Assembly (NCBI GenBank): GCA_965242725.1
Contig: CBDESZ010000018.1
Location: forward strand, 224,001 to 288,000
From: Alkalispirochaeta sp.
GTDB lineage: Bacteria; Spirochaetota; Spirochaetia; DSM-27196; Alkalispirochaetaceae
Length of the DNA: 64,000 bases
Direction of reading: 5' to 3'
The notes under the pieces were generated by a model. The model was not told the origin of the DNA, ran no database searches, and was given only the letters and a program-made list of their open reading frames with translations. A program made the position numbers and the translations under genes. Shown here one piece after another: positions 21,556 through 32,028 of the stretch; positions within the stretch are counted from its first letter, which is position 1; each line of letters begins with the position of its first letter.

Positions 21556-21584
21556 AATATAGAAATGGCGAGGCGTTTGGTCAA
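21556..21584 (-). promoter_or_regulatory. ssrA promoter
   Basis: TTGACC-17 nt-TATATT, 14 nt upstream of the mature 5' end. Confidence 0.75.
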
Positions 21585-22402
21585 TGACTTCGCATATCAG
21601 GTCCGTCGTTATCACCGGCCCCATCGGTGAGAATCGCAAGTACCTCAGCGTGGAGTTCAGGGGTCGATGCTGCAACTGCGGACGACCCGAGGTCGTCCCG
21701 CAACCCCGCAAAGTTGGAGAAAACACCGCCCGCTTCCCGAACCACTACCGACAGGGGGGCGATGTCCCAGGGACTCATGATCGGATCGACCATGACATCT
21801 ACCGCACCCCGGGCGAGCAGCATATACCCGTACGCATCGGCCCACGTCCGTACGGAGGCACTGGAACGTATAAGCGTCTCCGCTGCGCGGGGATGACGAT
21901 CGGAAAAGTCGTGGGGATCGGTGGTGACGTACCACGCATCGGCAATGGAGCGACATGCCGACACACCGAGAGAACGGCCATTGCGGTCAACACACCCGCC
22001 GCCTGCAACGGCAGCTGCCATTTCACCGGTAACGGGTGCAAATATGACTCCTGCCACCGGTACCCCCTTATGAACGAGGGCGACCAGCGTCGTATAGAGG
22101 GGAACCCCCCGGACAAAACTCTTTGTCCCGTCAATGGGATCGAGTATCCACTCCCATTCACCGGAACCGAGGCGGCCGCCGTGCTCTTCGCCCACAATGG
22201 CGTGGTCGGGAACGTGCTTCGCCAGAAATTCCCGCATGACCCGTTCCGTCTCCCGATCGGCCACGGTGACGGGCGTGTGGTCCGCTTTCTCCTCAATCGC
22301 GAGGGATTCTCCAAAATACTTCAGCGACTCACGTCCCCCGAGTTCCGCGAGATCCCGGGCGAGAGTCAGGTATTGCCGGTACGACACTGAATTTTCAGCC
22401 AT
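21581..22402 (-). CDS. hisN: Inositol monophosphatase-family protein, probably histidinol-phosphatase (HisN type)
   Basis: KADHTPVTVAD, VGEE, WILDPIDGTKSFVRGVP, WDIAP. Confidence 0.75.
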   Translation of the reverse strand: MAENSVSYRQYLTLARDLAELGGRESLKYFGESLAIEEKADHTPVTVADRETERVMREFLAKHVPDHAIVGEEHGGRLGSGEWEWILDPIDGTKSFVRGVPLYTTLVALVHKGVPVAGVIFAPVTGEMAAAVAGGGCVDRNGRSLGVSACRSIADAWYVTTDPHDFSDRHPRAAETLIRSSASVRTWADAYGYMLLARGAVDVMVDPIMSPWDIAPLSVVVREAGGVFSNFAGLRDDLGSSAVAASTPELHAEVLAILTDGAGDNDGPDMRSH

Positions 22403-22854
22403 TACCGGTCTCTCATTTCGCGGTCCATTTCCCGCTTCAGATCCTTCTGCTTCAGGGATTCCCGCTTATCGTAGAGCTTTTTTCCTTTGCAGATTCCCAG
22501 ATCGAGTTTTATCAACCCCTGTTTGAGGTAAAACTCGAGGGGGACGAGGGTAAATCCCTTCTCTTCCACCCGCCTGCGCATACGGTCTATTTCCGCGGCG
22601 TGACAGAGAAGCTTTCGCTCCCGCGTCGGTTCATGGTTGAAGAGATTGCCGTGGGTGTACTCGGTAATATGCAGTCCGATGAGCCACAACTCGCCGTTCT
22701 TAACGCGGCCGTATGCGTCGGCAAAAGAGAACTGTCCCGCCCGCATCGATTTCACTTCCGTACCCTGGAGTTCGATACCGACCTCGATATGTTCATCCAC
22801 GGAATACTCGTGGAAGGCGCGGCGGTTCCTGGCCAGCCTTTTATGTTCACTCAT
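22402..22854 (-). CDS. smpB: SsrA-binding protein
   Basis: NRRAFHEY, GIELQGTEVKS, RERKLL, KGKKLYDKR; the start may be 22866. Confidence 0.97.
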   Translation of the reverse strand: MSEHKRLARNRRAFHEYSVDEHIEVGIELQGTEVKSMRAGQFSFADAYGRVKNGELWLIGLHITEYTHGNLFNHEPTRERKLLCHAAEIDRMRRRVEEKGFTLVPLEFYLKQGLIKLDLGICKGKKLYDKRESLKQKDLKREMDREMRDR

Positions 22855-22862
22855 GTATACAC

Positions 22863-24521
22863 TCACTCATTGTCGCGCAGATAGATGGCGGGTCTGAATC
22901 CGAGGTACGGGGTACACCACTCCGGCGGCTGTGCTCCCGTCGTTCCCGGTGGAACGGGATCGTTCACAAAGGATCCACCGACGACGGCGCGTTGCGCTCC
23001 ATATACCGACGGAAGAACACGCATGTTGGTGGTGTACCAGTCGGAGCTCCACTCCCATACATTTCCTGCCATGTGGCGCGCCCCAAGGGCCCCCGGTCGT
23101 CCCTCCGTCTCGGAGAGTGGTGCGAGAGCGTTGAAATTGCGGCTTCCCCCTCCAAGGTCATTGAGATAGGAGGCGTACTCCCAGGTGGCGGCGTCGGGCA
23201 GGGTGACCCGATACGTCCCGGTCCATCCCGGTATGGGATTTGCCGGCTCCTGTATACGGTCATTCAGCCACGTCGTATAGGCGGCAGCGGCGTACCAGGA
23301 AACGTATCGTACCGGAAGTGTCGCTTCTGCGCTTCCGGAAAGGGCCCATTCGCCGTCGTCAGGCCAGTGGGAGAGGTAGTCCCCGTCGACAAGTCCCCGT
23401 AACTGCAGCTCTTCCCGTCGGGACGGACGCCACGCGGGCTCATCCTGAAGGAACCGCGCAAACTGCCGCTCCGTAACCTCCGTCGCGGCAATGAAAAAGT
23501 CACGATCTATCACCATTGGAACGCCGGGACCATCCGCTTCCTGGAGGGGATAACCGAGTATGTAGTTGCCCGCCGGCACTCTGACGAAGGAGACTCCATC
23601 CACGGTGAATCCCCGTTGCTCGGGTATGTCCCGTTCATCAAGTTCCACCGACGCGGCGAGTATCGCCGTCGCCCGCTCATCGCGACGATTATTGTACCAG
23701 GATGACGACAGAATCCGTTCACCCACGGTGGATATCGCCGTAGATTGCCCCGCCGTTTCCCTGACGGTGAGACCATCGAGTATTTCCGCCGCCGCGGCAT
23801 ACAGATCGGGATAACGATTATCAAGTTGTATAAAATACTGCACAGCTTTTCCGAGCTGTCCTCCGTGGAGGGCGGCGCCGGGAATTGAGGAACGCAATAC
23901 CGCCGACAGCACTTCTCCGCCCTGCGGGGATGATGCTCCGGAAAGAAGTGACTGTATTGCGTTCTCACGCGTCGCCGGTGGGTACGTTCCGTCCGAGCTC
24001 CAAAGCACCCTTCCGACGGCGGCTGCCCACGGAGGATTCTGAAACTGCGGTCCCGGTGTACCCGAGAGCGTCCATTCATGATAATCCTCGAGCAGAGGCT
24101 CGATACCCGCCGTCGTCACCGCAGGGGGCAGCGGAATTTCAACGGTACGACGGAGGGGAAAAAAGAGCGACCCAAACCACCTGCCGTCCACGGCTATGGT
24201 CTCTCGATATTCGCCCATACCCGGATAGTGCGCGGTGACTTCGTGTTCACCCGCGTCAAAGAAGGCGGTCAACGGTGCCGACCCGATGCGGACGTCGTCT
24301 ACATATACCGAGGCGCCGGACGGCACACTTTCAAAAGTTACGCGGGCACCATAGGCGGTCAATCCCGGAACGACAAGCAACACCGAAAGAACGACAAAAA
24401 GAATCGCTCCATAGGCAACGGGAAGGTAACGCTCAGGCGGGACGCCCCGAATAACCGGCAGCTTTACAACGAGTTCTTCTATTTCTTCTTCATTCTGGAC
24501 GTCTTTCCAACGTGGGGACAT
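22863..24521 (-). CDS. Membrane-anchored PEGA plus FGE-sulfatase (SUMF1/EgtB/PvdO) domain protein
   Basis: TM helix, FESVPSGASVYVD (PEGA), TEVT..QF, PVRYVSWYAA, LP..WEYA, MAGNVWEW, GFRP. Confidence 0.85.
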   Translation of the reverse strand: MSPRWKDVQNEEEIEELVVKLPVIRGVPPERYLPVAYGAILFVVLSVLLVVPGLTAYGARVTFESVPSGASVYVDDVRIGSAPLTAFFDAGEHEVTAHYPGMGEYRETIAVDGRWFGSLFFPLRRTVEIPLPPAVTTAGIEPLLEDYHEWTLSGTPGPQFQNPPWAAAVGRVLWSSDGTYPPATRENAIQSLLSGASSPQGGEVLSAVLRSSIPGAALHGGQLGKAVQYFIQLDNRYPDLYAAAAEILDGLTVRETAGQSTAISTVGERILSSSWYNNRRDERATAILAASVELDERDIPEQRGFTVDGVSFVRVPAGNYILGYPLQEADGPGVPMVIDRDFFIAATEVTERQFARFLQDEPAWRPSRREELQLRGLVDGDYLSHWPDDGEWALSGSAEATLPVRYVSWYAAAAYTTWLNDRIQEPANPIPGWTGTYRVTLPDAATWEYASYLNDLGGGSRNFNALAPLSETEGRPGALGARHMAGNVWEWSSDWYTTNMRVLPSVYGAQRAVVGGSFVNDPVPPGTTGAQPPEWCTPYLGFRPAIYLRDNE

Positions 24522-24531
24522 ATCGTTGGAG

Positions 24532-24561
24532 AGTATATGGACCTCGTCACGGCGTTGTCAA
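24532..24561 (-). promoter_or_regulatory. Putative promoter of the FGE-smpB-hisN operon
   Basis: TTGACA-18 nt-TATACT, 10 nt before the ATG; no SD. Confidence 0.6.
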
Positions 24562-24633
24562 CGAAGGCAATGGCACGGCGCGCGGGCATTTCACCTGTTG
24601 CCCGACGGGAGAAAGGGTGATAGCCTTCCGGTG

Positions 24634-25611
24634 ATGAAGACACCCGGTCCGTGGATCGTCAGACATACCGAACTGTTCCTCACCCGAAGACTACGACGAA
24701 AGGCGCGACACAGGCTGAAACAGAGCCGTAAGAACGTCATTCTCGACTGGGTGGAGGCCTTTCTCCAGGCGGCGATTCTCGTATTGCTTATCAATCAATA
24801 CCTGCTGCAGGCGTATCAGATACCCTCGGGGTCGATGATAGAAACGCTCCTTCTGGGAGATCGGATATTCGTAAACAAAGTGGTCTACGGACCTGAGGTG
24901 CTGCCCGGACTGGGCAAGCTCCCCGGTTTTCGTACCCCCGACCGGGCGGAGGTCGTGATCTTTGAAAACCCCTCCTATATCAGCCGGGGAACGGCCTTCA
25001 CCGTTCTGCAGCGCGTCCTGTACATGATCACCCTCTCCCTCGTCGATATAGACAGGGATGAATCGGGACAACCCCGGGCCCAGCTCCTTATCAAACGCGC
25101 CGTCGGCATGGGCGGCGACCTTCTGCGGACGCGCATGGGCAATCTCCAGATACGTCCGGCGGGAGAGTCGGAGTGGATGGATGAGTCCCGATTTCAGGCG
25201 CTCAGTGGAATCACCTACAACCCGCGACGTACCGTCGATCCGACGGATTATCAAATCATCCGCGAAGCGGGCAGAACGCTCGCGCGGGCTGATCTCGGAT
25301 TCCCCATCGACAATGGTGAGACCGCGACGGTGGATGAACTCCGGGAGCTCGGCTTCGGTGATCCTTTCGCCCTCGAAAATGCCAGACAGGGGCATCTCTA
25401 CGCGGCGATGCCGCAGAACCGGCGTATACGCCAGCGGGTGCAGTTCGTCCGTCTCGGCTGGTACGTACCGGAAGGACGGATCATGCCTATCGGTGATAAC
25501 CGGGACAATTCCCGGGACGGCAGGTACTTCGGTCCGGTCCATATCGATGACGTTCTCGGACGGGCAATGTTCATTTACTGGCCCCTCGGCCGGATAGGCT
25601 CCATCGAATAG
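24634..25611 (+). CDS. lepB: Signal peptidase I
   Basis: YQIPSGSM..TL..GDRI, IKRAVG..GD, GDNRDNSRDGR; TTGCCC-17-TAGCCT sits just upstream. Confidence 0.95.
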   Translation: MKTPGPWIVRHTELFLTRRLRRKARHRLKQSRKNVILDWVEAFLQAAILVLLINQYLLQAYQIPSGSMIETLLLGDRIFVNKVVYGPEVLPGLGKLPGFRTPDRAEVVIFENPSYISRGTAFTVLQRVLYMITLSLVDIDRDESGQPRAQLLIKRAVGMGGDLLRTRMGNLQIRPAGESEWMDESRFQALSGITYNPRRTVDPTDYQIIREAGRTLARADLGFPIDNGETATVDELRELGFGDPFALENARQGHLYAAMPQNRRIRQRVQFVRLGWYVPEGRIMPIGDNRDNSRDGRYFGPVHIDDVLGRAMFIYWPLGRIGSIE

Positions 25612-25626
25612 CGGACCGCAAATACT

Positions 25627-26271
25627 ATGACCGACCGGTATCGAAGAAGCCAGAACCGCCGCCGCATCGCCCGTCGGATCTGGTTTTTCGTTGCCGCGCT
25701 GTTGCTCTGGCGCGTTTTCGGCCCCGCCGTCTTTTTCATCGGAACGTCTTCACTTTCCCCCGTTCTCGACGAGGGGGATGTGGTGTTCGCCCGTCCGTCC
25801 CGGGACACGCCGCACCGGGGAGCCATTGTACTTGTGCCGCCGCCTCTCGGCGGACCTTCGCTTTTCGACAGGGTGAAAGGCCTCATTCACCGTATGACGG
25901 CAGATCCGCCTGTGGAGAAAACGATGCCCAACCGCGTGGCACGCCTGGTAATTGCAACTGAAGGAGACCAGGTGTCGTGGAATGACAGAGTCGTTGCGGT
26001 TTCCAGCGGCGGCGGTGACGAGTCCGTTCTTCGCTACCGCTTTCAGCCGATTGATCGGGATGTGAAGCTTCCGTTGCGTCAGACGATCGTCCCCGACGGC
26101 CACATATTTCTCGTCACCCTCGGGGCGGGCCATATTGATTCCCGGTATACCGGCCCCGTCCCGTACCCCCGGAAGTTATTTGTCGCCCAGCGCATTCTCC
26201 TTCCCATTGACCGCGGGCGTACCTTCGGCGATGAGCCGGTGGACCTTCAGGAGTACACCTACGAGTTATAG
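25627..26271 (+). CDS. Divergent S26 signal-peptidase-like protein
   Basis: TSSLSPVLDEGD (box B) and IDSRYTGPV are present; box D reads ARLVIATEGD (no Lys) and GDN is absent. Confidence 0.7.
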   Translation: MTDRYRRSQNRRRIARRIWFFVAALLLWRVFGPAVFFIGTSSLSPVLDEGDVVFARPSRDTPHRGAIVLVPPPLGGPSLFDRVKGLIHRMTADPPVEKTMPNRVARLVIATEGDQVSWNDRVVAVSSGGGDESVLRYRFQPIDRDVKLPLRQTIVPDGHIFLVTLGAGHIDSRYTGPVPYPRKLFVAQRILLPIDRGRTFGDEPVDLQEYTYEL

Positions 26272-27472
26272 GGGACGGCATCTCTATATTCACATTCCCG
26301 TCTGCCGGTATCGATGCGACTACTGCGATTTCTTTTCCCGAATCTCCGTCGCCCCTGAACGGCAGACCGCCGTGGTGGAGCGCACCGTACAGCAGTCCGC
26401 CGCATGGGTTGGCGAAGGCGGCGCGCTGGAGACGATATACATCGGCGGCGGCACCCCCTCGGCGCTCCATTCCGCCGCCCGCGGTCGGCTTATGGCGTTC
26501 ATCGGACGGATCGTATCGGAGTATAAAGGTGCCTCACCGCAGGAAGTTACGATCGAGGTGAATCCCGAAGACGTCACCGGTGAGTTTCTTTCGGAGCTGA
26601 AGGCGTGCGGCGTTGAGCGTATTTCTCTCGGCGTTCAGACCTTTCATGAAGGCGCCCGCCGCGCCATCGGACGCCACACCGGGACGGTACAGACTCGCCG
26701 GGGGCTGGAACTCGTCGCCGCCCGTTGGGACGGCAGATGGTCCGCCGACCTGATTACCGGAATTCCCGGTATGCCCATGGCCGTTCTCGAATCGGATATC
26801 ACGGAACTGCTCGATTACGCTCCCGGCCACGTCTCTCTCTATGAACTTGGAATTGAGGAATCCACCATTCTGGGGCTGAAGGAGCGCCGGGGAATCATAC
26901 GGAAACCGCCCGACGAAACGGTAATGGCCCAGCTTGAACGTGGAGCGGAGGTACTGGAGAGCGCCGGGCTTCATCGTTATGAAATATCCAGTTTCTCCCG
27001 CCCCGGAGAGGAGAGCCGTCACAATCTGGCCTACTGGCGGATGGCGCCACACATCGGAATAGGTCCCGGCGCGGTAGGTACCGTTCTCCCTGAACATGAC
27101 GGCTATCCTCTTCGTATTACAAACACGCGATCATTTTCCGCGTTTCTCTCCCGGGAAGACTTCGGAGCGGAAACGGAACTCATCTATCCCGACGTACAGA
27201 CAAAAGAGCTGCTCATGATGGGGCTCAGGACGAATCGCGGTGCCGATCTTGATACGTTTGAGACGCTCGTGGACGGCTCTTTTACGGAAGTGTGCGCATC
27301 CGCACTTCGCAAATGGGACACCGCAATCGCAATCAGCGGTGACCGCCGCATTACTGTAGCAGCCGACCGATGGCATCTCCTCGATTCGATACTTGTCGAT
27401 CTCTTTACGGATATTGATGTAACGGTAAATCGTGGTAAAATTGCATCAGTTGACAGCTCCCGAAGCAAGTGA
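26231..27472 (+). CDS. hemW: Radical SAM heme chaperone HemW (HemN-like)
   Basis: LYIHIPVCRYRCDYCDF, YIGGGTPS, RISLGVQ, YEISSF, HNLAYW. Confidence 0.9.
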   Translation: MSRWTFRSTPTSYRGRHLYIHIPVCRYRCDYCDFFSRISVAPERQTAVVERTVQQSAAWVGEGGALETIYIGGGTPSALHSAARGRLMAFIGRIVSEYKGASPQEVTIEVNPEDVTGEFLSELKACGVERISLGVQTFHEGARRAIGRHTGTVQTRRGLELVAARWDGRWSADLITGIPGMPMAVLESDITELLDYAPGHVSLYELGIEESTILGLKERRGIIRKPPDETVMAQLERGAEVLESAGLHRYEISSFSRPGEESRHNLAYWRMAPHIGIGPGAVGTVLPEHDGYPLRITNTRSFSAFLSREDFGAETELIYPDVQTKELLMMGLRTNRGADLDTFETLVDGSFTEVCASALRKWDTAIAISGDRRITVAADRWHLLDSILVDLFTDIDVTVNRGKIASVDSSRSK

Positions 27473-27478
27473 TAGTTT
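27450..27478 (+). promoter_or_regulatory. Putative promoter of yebC-ruvCAB-queA
   Basis: TTGACA-17 nt-TAGTTT with TG extension; GGAGG SD before ATG 27511. Confidence 0.6.
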
Positions 27479-27510
27479 CGGCGGACTCAACCACAGACGG
27501 AGGAAGACTT

Positions 27511-28254
27511 ATGTCCGGCCACAGTAAATGGGCGACAATTCGACATAAAAAAGGCGCACAGGACGCCAAGCGGGGAAAGCTTTTTTCAAAGCTCATTAAA
27601 GAGATAACGGTAGCCGCAAAAATGGGCGGCGGCGAAGAAGAAAGCAACCCCCGACTGCGGACGGCGGTCCTGAAGGCGAAGGGCGCCAATATGCCCAAGG
27701 ACAACATCGACCGGGCGATAAAAAAAGGAACCGGCGAACTTGGTGGTGAAGACTATTTTGAATTGAGCTATGAGGGGTATGGTCCAAACGGCGTGGCGAT
27801 TCTTGTAAACGCCCTTACGGACAACAAGAACCGAACCGCCGCGGATGTACGCAGTATTTTCAATAAAAACGGCGGCAATCTCGGTGAAAACGGGTGCGTA
27901 TCATATCTCTTCTCCCGTCGCGGCATCATCGCCTACGACGGCGAAAAATACGAGGAAGACGAGATTCTTGAAGCCGCACTCGAAGCCGGCGCGGAGGACG
28001 TTGAAAGCACCGGAGAAACGATCGAAGTGCGCACCGCGCCAGATGATTTCGAGTCGGTATTGGGTACGCTCACCGCGGCCGGATTCGAGCACACCGTCGC
28101 GGAAATTTCGCTCGTACCGGAATCAACGATTCAGCTCGATGACGAAGGTACACGGAAGGCGTTGCGCCTCATCGATCTCCTTGACGACCACGACGACGTG
28201 CAGGAGGTCGCAACAAACCTGGATATTCCCGACGATTTCGATCCGGAAGGGTAA
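27511..28254 (+). CDS. yebC: YebC/PmpR family protein
   Basis: MSGHSKWATIRHKK, NPRLR, YEGYGPNG, TDNKNRT. Confidence 0.97.
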   Translation: MSGHSKWATIRHKKGAQDAKRGKLFSKLIKEITVAAKMGGGEEESNPRLRTAVLKAKGANMPKDNIDRAIKKGTGELGGEDYFELSYEGYGPNGVAILVNALTDNKNRTAADVRSIFNKNGGNLGENGCVSYLFSRRGIIAYDGEKYEEDEILEAALEAGAEDVESTGETIEVRTAPDDFESVLGTLTAAGFEHTVAEISLVPESTIQLDDEGTRKALRLIDLLDDHDDVQEVATNLDIPDDFDPEG

Positions 28255-28742
28255 TGCCGAAGGTTATCGGTATTGATCCGGGCCTTGCCGCCACCGGATG
28301 GGGTGTCATTTCGGGAGACCGGGGTCGGCTTTCGTGCATCGACTACGGTGTCATCAGAACGTCACCTTCCGATCCACCGGGAAAACGGCTGGAAAAGATA
28401 TACACCTCCATTACAGAGAAAATATCCCTCTATCACCCCGCAGCAGCGGGGATAGAGAGTATCTACTTCACCCGCAACACCACGAGCGCCATCCCCGTCG
28501 CCCAGGCCCGGGGGGTTGTACTGCTTGCTCTCAGTCAGCTTTCCATACCCGCATCGGAATTCACGCCCCAGGTCATAAAACAATCGGTCGTCGGGGCGGG
28601 ACAGGCCGACAAGGAACAGGTTATGCAAATGGTCCGGATCGTGCTGGGTATGCCCGACGTCCCCCGTCCCGATCACGCCGCCGACGCCCTTGCAGCAGCA
28701 GTTGCGATGCTCCATAGTGGTGGCAGCATCGGAATGACGTAG
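28254..28742 (+). CDS. ruvC: Holliday junction resolvase
   Basis: IGIDPG..TGWG, IESIYF, AQARG, DHAADALA. Confidence 0.97.
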   Translation: MPKVIGIDPGLAATGWGVISGDRGRLSCIDYGVIRTSPSDPPGKRLEKIYTSITEKISLYHPAAAGIESIYFTRNTTSAIPVAQARGVVLLALSQLSIPASEFTPQVIKQSVVGAGQADKEQVMQMVRIVLGMPDVPRPDHAADALAAAVAMLHSGGSIGMT

Positions 28743-28757
28743 GAAAAGGGAGAAGCC

Positions 28758-29375
28758 GTGTTTAACAGCCTGATTGGCCATATCGCAGGTCACCGATTTC
28801 CGCTGGTCTATATCCGTACCGGCGGCGTGGAATGGCAGGTCGAAGTAAGTGCAGGAACCTTTCAATCCGTCCTCTCCGCCGAGGGGGAGTGCCGGATCTT
28901 CACCTATTTGCACAGCCGGGAAGACCTTCTGCGCCTCTACGGCTTCTGGACGGAACGGGAACGTGCGGTATTCCTGGAGCTCATCTCCGTGTCGGGAATC
29001 GGTCCGAAGCAGGCGTTGAAGATCCTCTCGGGAACGACGGCGGAGTCTCTCGTCGCCTTCCTCGAGTCCGAGGATATCCCCTCGTTGACGCGGATTCCCG
29101 GTCTCGGAAAGAAAACCGCCCAGCGTCTCATCCTGCAGCTGAAAGGGCATTTGATCATGGACGAGGAGTCGGGTCAGGGAACGGGTGGAACCGTACGGCA
29201 CGATATGGCGGGCGAACTCCTGCAGGCTCTCATGGACATGGGTTTTGACCGGAAAAAGGCGGAGACGGTGTTGAACGAAGTGTCGACCGAACTCGCGGAC
29301 CACACCTTCTCCGACGACAGAAGCCGGGAGCAGGAACTCTTCCGACGGGCGATTGTCGCATTGAGCGGGAAGTGA
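28758..29375 (+). CDS. ruvA: Holliday junction branch migration protein
   Basis: LYGF, LISVSGIGPKQA, IPGLGKKTAQRLILQLK. Confidence 0.96.
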   Translation: MFNSLIGHIAGHRFPLVYIRTGGVEWQVEVSAGTFQSVLSAEGECRIFTYLHSREDLLRLYGFWTERERAVFLELISVSGIGPKQALKILSGTTAESLVAFLESEDIPSLTRIPGLGKKTAQRLILQLKGHLIMDEESGQGTGGTVRHDMAGELLQALMDMGFDRKKAETVLNEVSTELADHTFSDDRSREQELFRRAIVALSGK

Positions 29376-29394
29376 CGGATAGGAGAACGCGGTA

Positions 29395-30429
29395 ATGGAT
29401 GAACACCCCCTCCGTCCTGAATGGGAGGACGAGGATTCCTATGAAAACGTATTGCGACCGCACTCGCTTGCGGACTTCCTCGGTCAGGAACAGATTAAAG
29501 ATAACCTCCGCGTATTTATTCAGGCGGCGAGACAGCGTGGTGAACCGCTTGATCATCTCTTTCTCTCAGGACCTCCCGGATTGGGGAAGACAACCCTTGC
29601 CGGTATCCTCGCGCGGGAAATGGGCGCCGATTTACGGGTCACCTCCGCACCGGCGCTTGAGAAACCGAAAGACCTGGCAGGGATTCTCACGACCCTCCAG
29701 GAGGGAACCGTCTTTTTCATAGACGAAATTCATCGCCTCAAGAGTACGCTTGAAGAAATGCTCTACGTGGCGATGGAGGATTATGAGATCGACTGGGTCA
29801 TAGGGCAGGGACCGTCGGCACGGACGCTTCGTGTTCCGCTGCCCCGTTTTACCCTCGTCGGCGCGACAACCCGACCGGGAATGGTCGCGGCGCCCTTGTT
29901 CACCCGATTCGGCATTCCCCTCCGCCTTGACTTTTACCGCCATGAAGAGCTTGCCGCGATCATCCGGCGTTCGGCGTCGATTCTTGATGTGCCCGTCGAC
30001 GAGGGAGCGGTGTCGCTCCTCGCCGACAGCTGTCGCGGCACCCCCCGGGTAGCCAACCGTCTCCTTCGACGCATGCGGGATTTTGCCGAAATTCTCGCCG
30101 ACGGCTCGATCACCGTTGATGTCGTACAGGACGGAATGGGTCGTCTGAACATCGACAATCACGGACTGGAAGAGCAGGACCGTCAAATTCTGCGTACAAT
30201 CATTCAAATGTACGGCGGCGGTCCCGTCGGCGCAGAGACACTTGCGATTTCGGTGGGCGAGGAAATTGATTCACTTGAGGTGTTTTACGAGCCCTTTCTC
30301 ATCCAAAAAGGACTGATTCAGCGTACCGCCCGCGGACGGGTTGCCACCGTCCGGGCGTATGAGATCATCGGTCTTCCCGTCCCCGAGGAGCAGCAGCAGA
30401 ACAATGAAGACCAGCGATTTCTCTTTTGA
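29395..30429 (+). CDS. ruvB: Holliday junction helicase
   Basis: [30 protein letters not shown]. Confidence 0.98.
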   Translation: MDEHPLRPEWEDEDSYENVLRPHSLADFLGQEQIKDNLRVFIQAARQRGEPLDHLFLSGPPGLGKTTLAGILAREMGADLRVTSAPALEKPKDLAGILTTLQEGTVFFIDEIHRLKSTLEEMLYVAMEDYEIDWVIGQGPSARTLRVPLPRFTLVGATTRPGMVAAPLFTRFGIPLRLDFYRHEELAAIIRRSASILDVPVDEGAVSLLADSCRGTPRVANRLLRRMRDFAEILADGSITVDVVQDGMGRLNIDNHGLEEQDRQILRTIIQMYGGGPVGAETLAISVGEEIDSLEVFYEPFLIQKGLIQRTARGRVATVRAYEIIGLPVPEEQQQNNEDQRFLF

Positions 30430-31426
30430 ACTCCCCGAGGAGCTCATAGCCCAGGCTCCTACCGACCGGCGGGGCGAGAGCAGGCTCATGGTCCTTGAGC
30501 GTTCCTCAGGATCTATCACCCATTCCGCCGTTGCGGATATTCGCGACTTCATTCCCGCCGGATCCATTATGGTTTTCAATAATTCCCGTGTACGGAAGGC
30601 GCGCCTGTACGGCCGCAGCACCGGCGGAGGAAAGGTTGAGCTCCTTCTTGTCCGCAGAACCGCACCGGATCGGTGGCTCGTAATCGGGAAACCGAACAAA
30701 CGAATTCAAAGGGATAGAGTCTTTTCATTTCCCGACGACGTGACGGGAACGGTCGTCGATGTGAGTGATCCCTACCGGGAAATTCAGTTCAGTCGCCCCA
30801 TTGACGACGGCTGGTTGGAGTCCCACGGACACGTCCCGTTACCGCCGTATATTCATCGCGGAGACGAACCCCTGGACGATGAGCGCTATCAGACGGTATT
30901 CGCCCGGGTATGGGGCAGCGTCGCCGCGCCGACGGCGGGGCTTCATTTCACCCCGGACCTGTTGGAGAAGCTTCGGAACCATGGGGTAGAAGTGGCCTTT
31001 CTCACGCTTCACGTCGGTATCGGAACCTTTTTACCCATTCGTACAGAGGAAATACGGGAGCACAGAATGCATGAAGAGGAGTACTTCGTACCGCCGGAGG
31101 TATCCGCCGGCGTGACCGCGGCAATTGCCGAAGGTCGTCCCGTCGTTGCCGTCGGGACGACCGCCGTACGTACCCTCGAGTCTGCGTGGAATAGAGAGAC
31201 GGAGTCTCTTGAAAGCGGGTACGGATCGACGGATCTTTTTATCTATCCGGGATATGAGTTCCAGGTTGTGCGCCACCTCTTTACCAACTTCCATACCCCC
31301 GAGAGCAGCCTCGTCGTACTTGTCAGTGCATTTGCGGGACGGGAGCGGATCCTGAACAGCTACCGCGAGGCGATCGCGGAGAGGTACCGGTTTTTCTCGT
31401 ACGGAGACGCGATGCTCATTCTCTGA
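30404..31426 (+). CDS. queA: SAM:tRNA ribosyltransferase-isomerase
   Basis: [46 protein letters not shown]. Confidence 0.97.
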   Translation: MKTSDFSFELPEELIAQAPTDRRGESRLMVLERSSGSITHSAVADIRDFIPAGSIMVFNNSRVRKARLYGRSTGGGKVELLLVRRTAPDRWLVIGKPNKRIQRDRVFSFPDDVTGTVVDVSDPYREIQFSRPIDDGWLESHGHVPLPPYIHRGDEPLDDERYQTVFARVWGSVAAPTAGLHFTPDLLEKLRNHGVEVAFLTLHVGIGTFLPIRTEEIREHRMHEEEYFVPPEVSAGVTAAIAEGRPVVAVGTTAVRTLESAWNRETESLESGYGSTDLFIYPGYEFQVVRHLFTNFHTPESSLVVLVSAFAGRERILNSYREAIAERYRFFSYGDAMLIL

Positions 31427-32021
31427 CGCCTCCCATCGCCTGAAACGCCGCGCGCACTTCCGCCACACGGTCGAGATGACCGGATATGATTTCTTCGTAG
31501 TTCAACGCACCGGTACGGATGCGATGGTGCTCGTCCTCCCATCGTTGAATCTCTTCAAGGTGGACAAAGCGCATATCAGCGACCGCCTGGGAGGCGCGGT
31601 TTGCCTCTTCCCAATAGGTGAGGGCGTAGGTGAAAAGTTCTTCCGCCCGTTGGAGACTGCTTATGTTTTCCTCGGTCCATGGTCTGTTATAGAAGTACGC
31701 CTCATGTTTCATATATTGGGCGCCCCACCTCAGATAGAGGTCCACAAGGAGCAAATTAAGGTGCATTGTAAAAAGATTTCGATACCATCGCCATTCTCGT
31801 TGGTTTTCAATAACGGCGAGGGCATTGAGAGGATTGGCGAAATCGCTTCGTAACGCCTGCTCCAGCCAATATACGTTTTCCGCGATCCGTTCAGGAGTCT
31901 GATAGAATTGTTGATGGTACAGACGGTACAGCTGCTCCCGATAGGTCATACGGTACGCCGATACATTAACGGCAGTTCCGAGAAGACCGAGAATCAGGAT
32001 GCACCTGATCAATCCCTTCAT
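31416..32021 (-). CDS. Exported helical hypothetical protein
   Basis: Signal peptide MKGLIRCILILGLLGTAVNVSA followed by an aromatic helical domain (YREQLYRLYH, FANPLNAL). Confidence 0.7.
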   Translation of the reverse strand: MKGLIRCILILGLLGTAVNVSAYRMTYREQLYRLYHQQFYQTPERIAENVYWLEQALRSDFANPLNALAVIENQREWRWYRNLFTMHLNLLLVDLYLRWGAQYMKHEAYFYNRPWTEENISSLQRAEELFTYALTYWEEANRASQAVADMRFVHLEEIQRWEDEHHRIRTGALNYEEIISGHLDRVAEVRAAFQAMGGVRE

Positions 32022-32028
32022 ACGAAAT

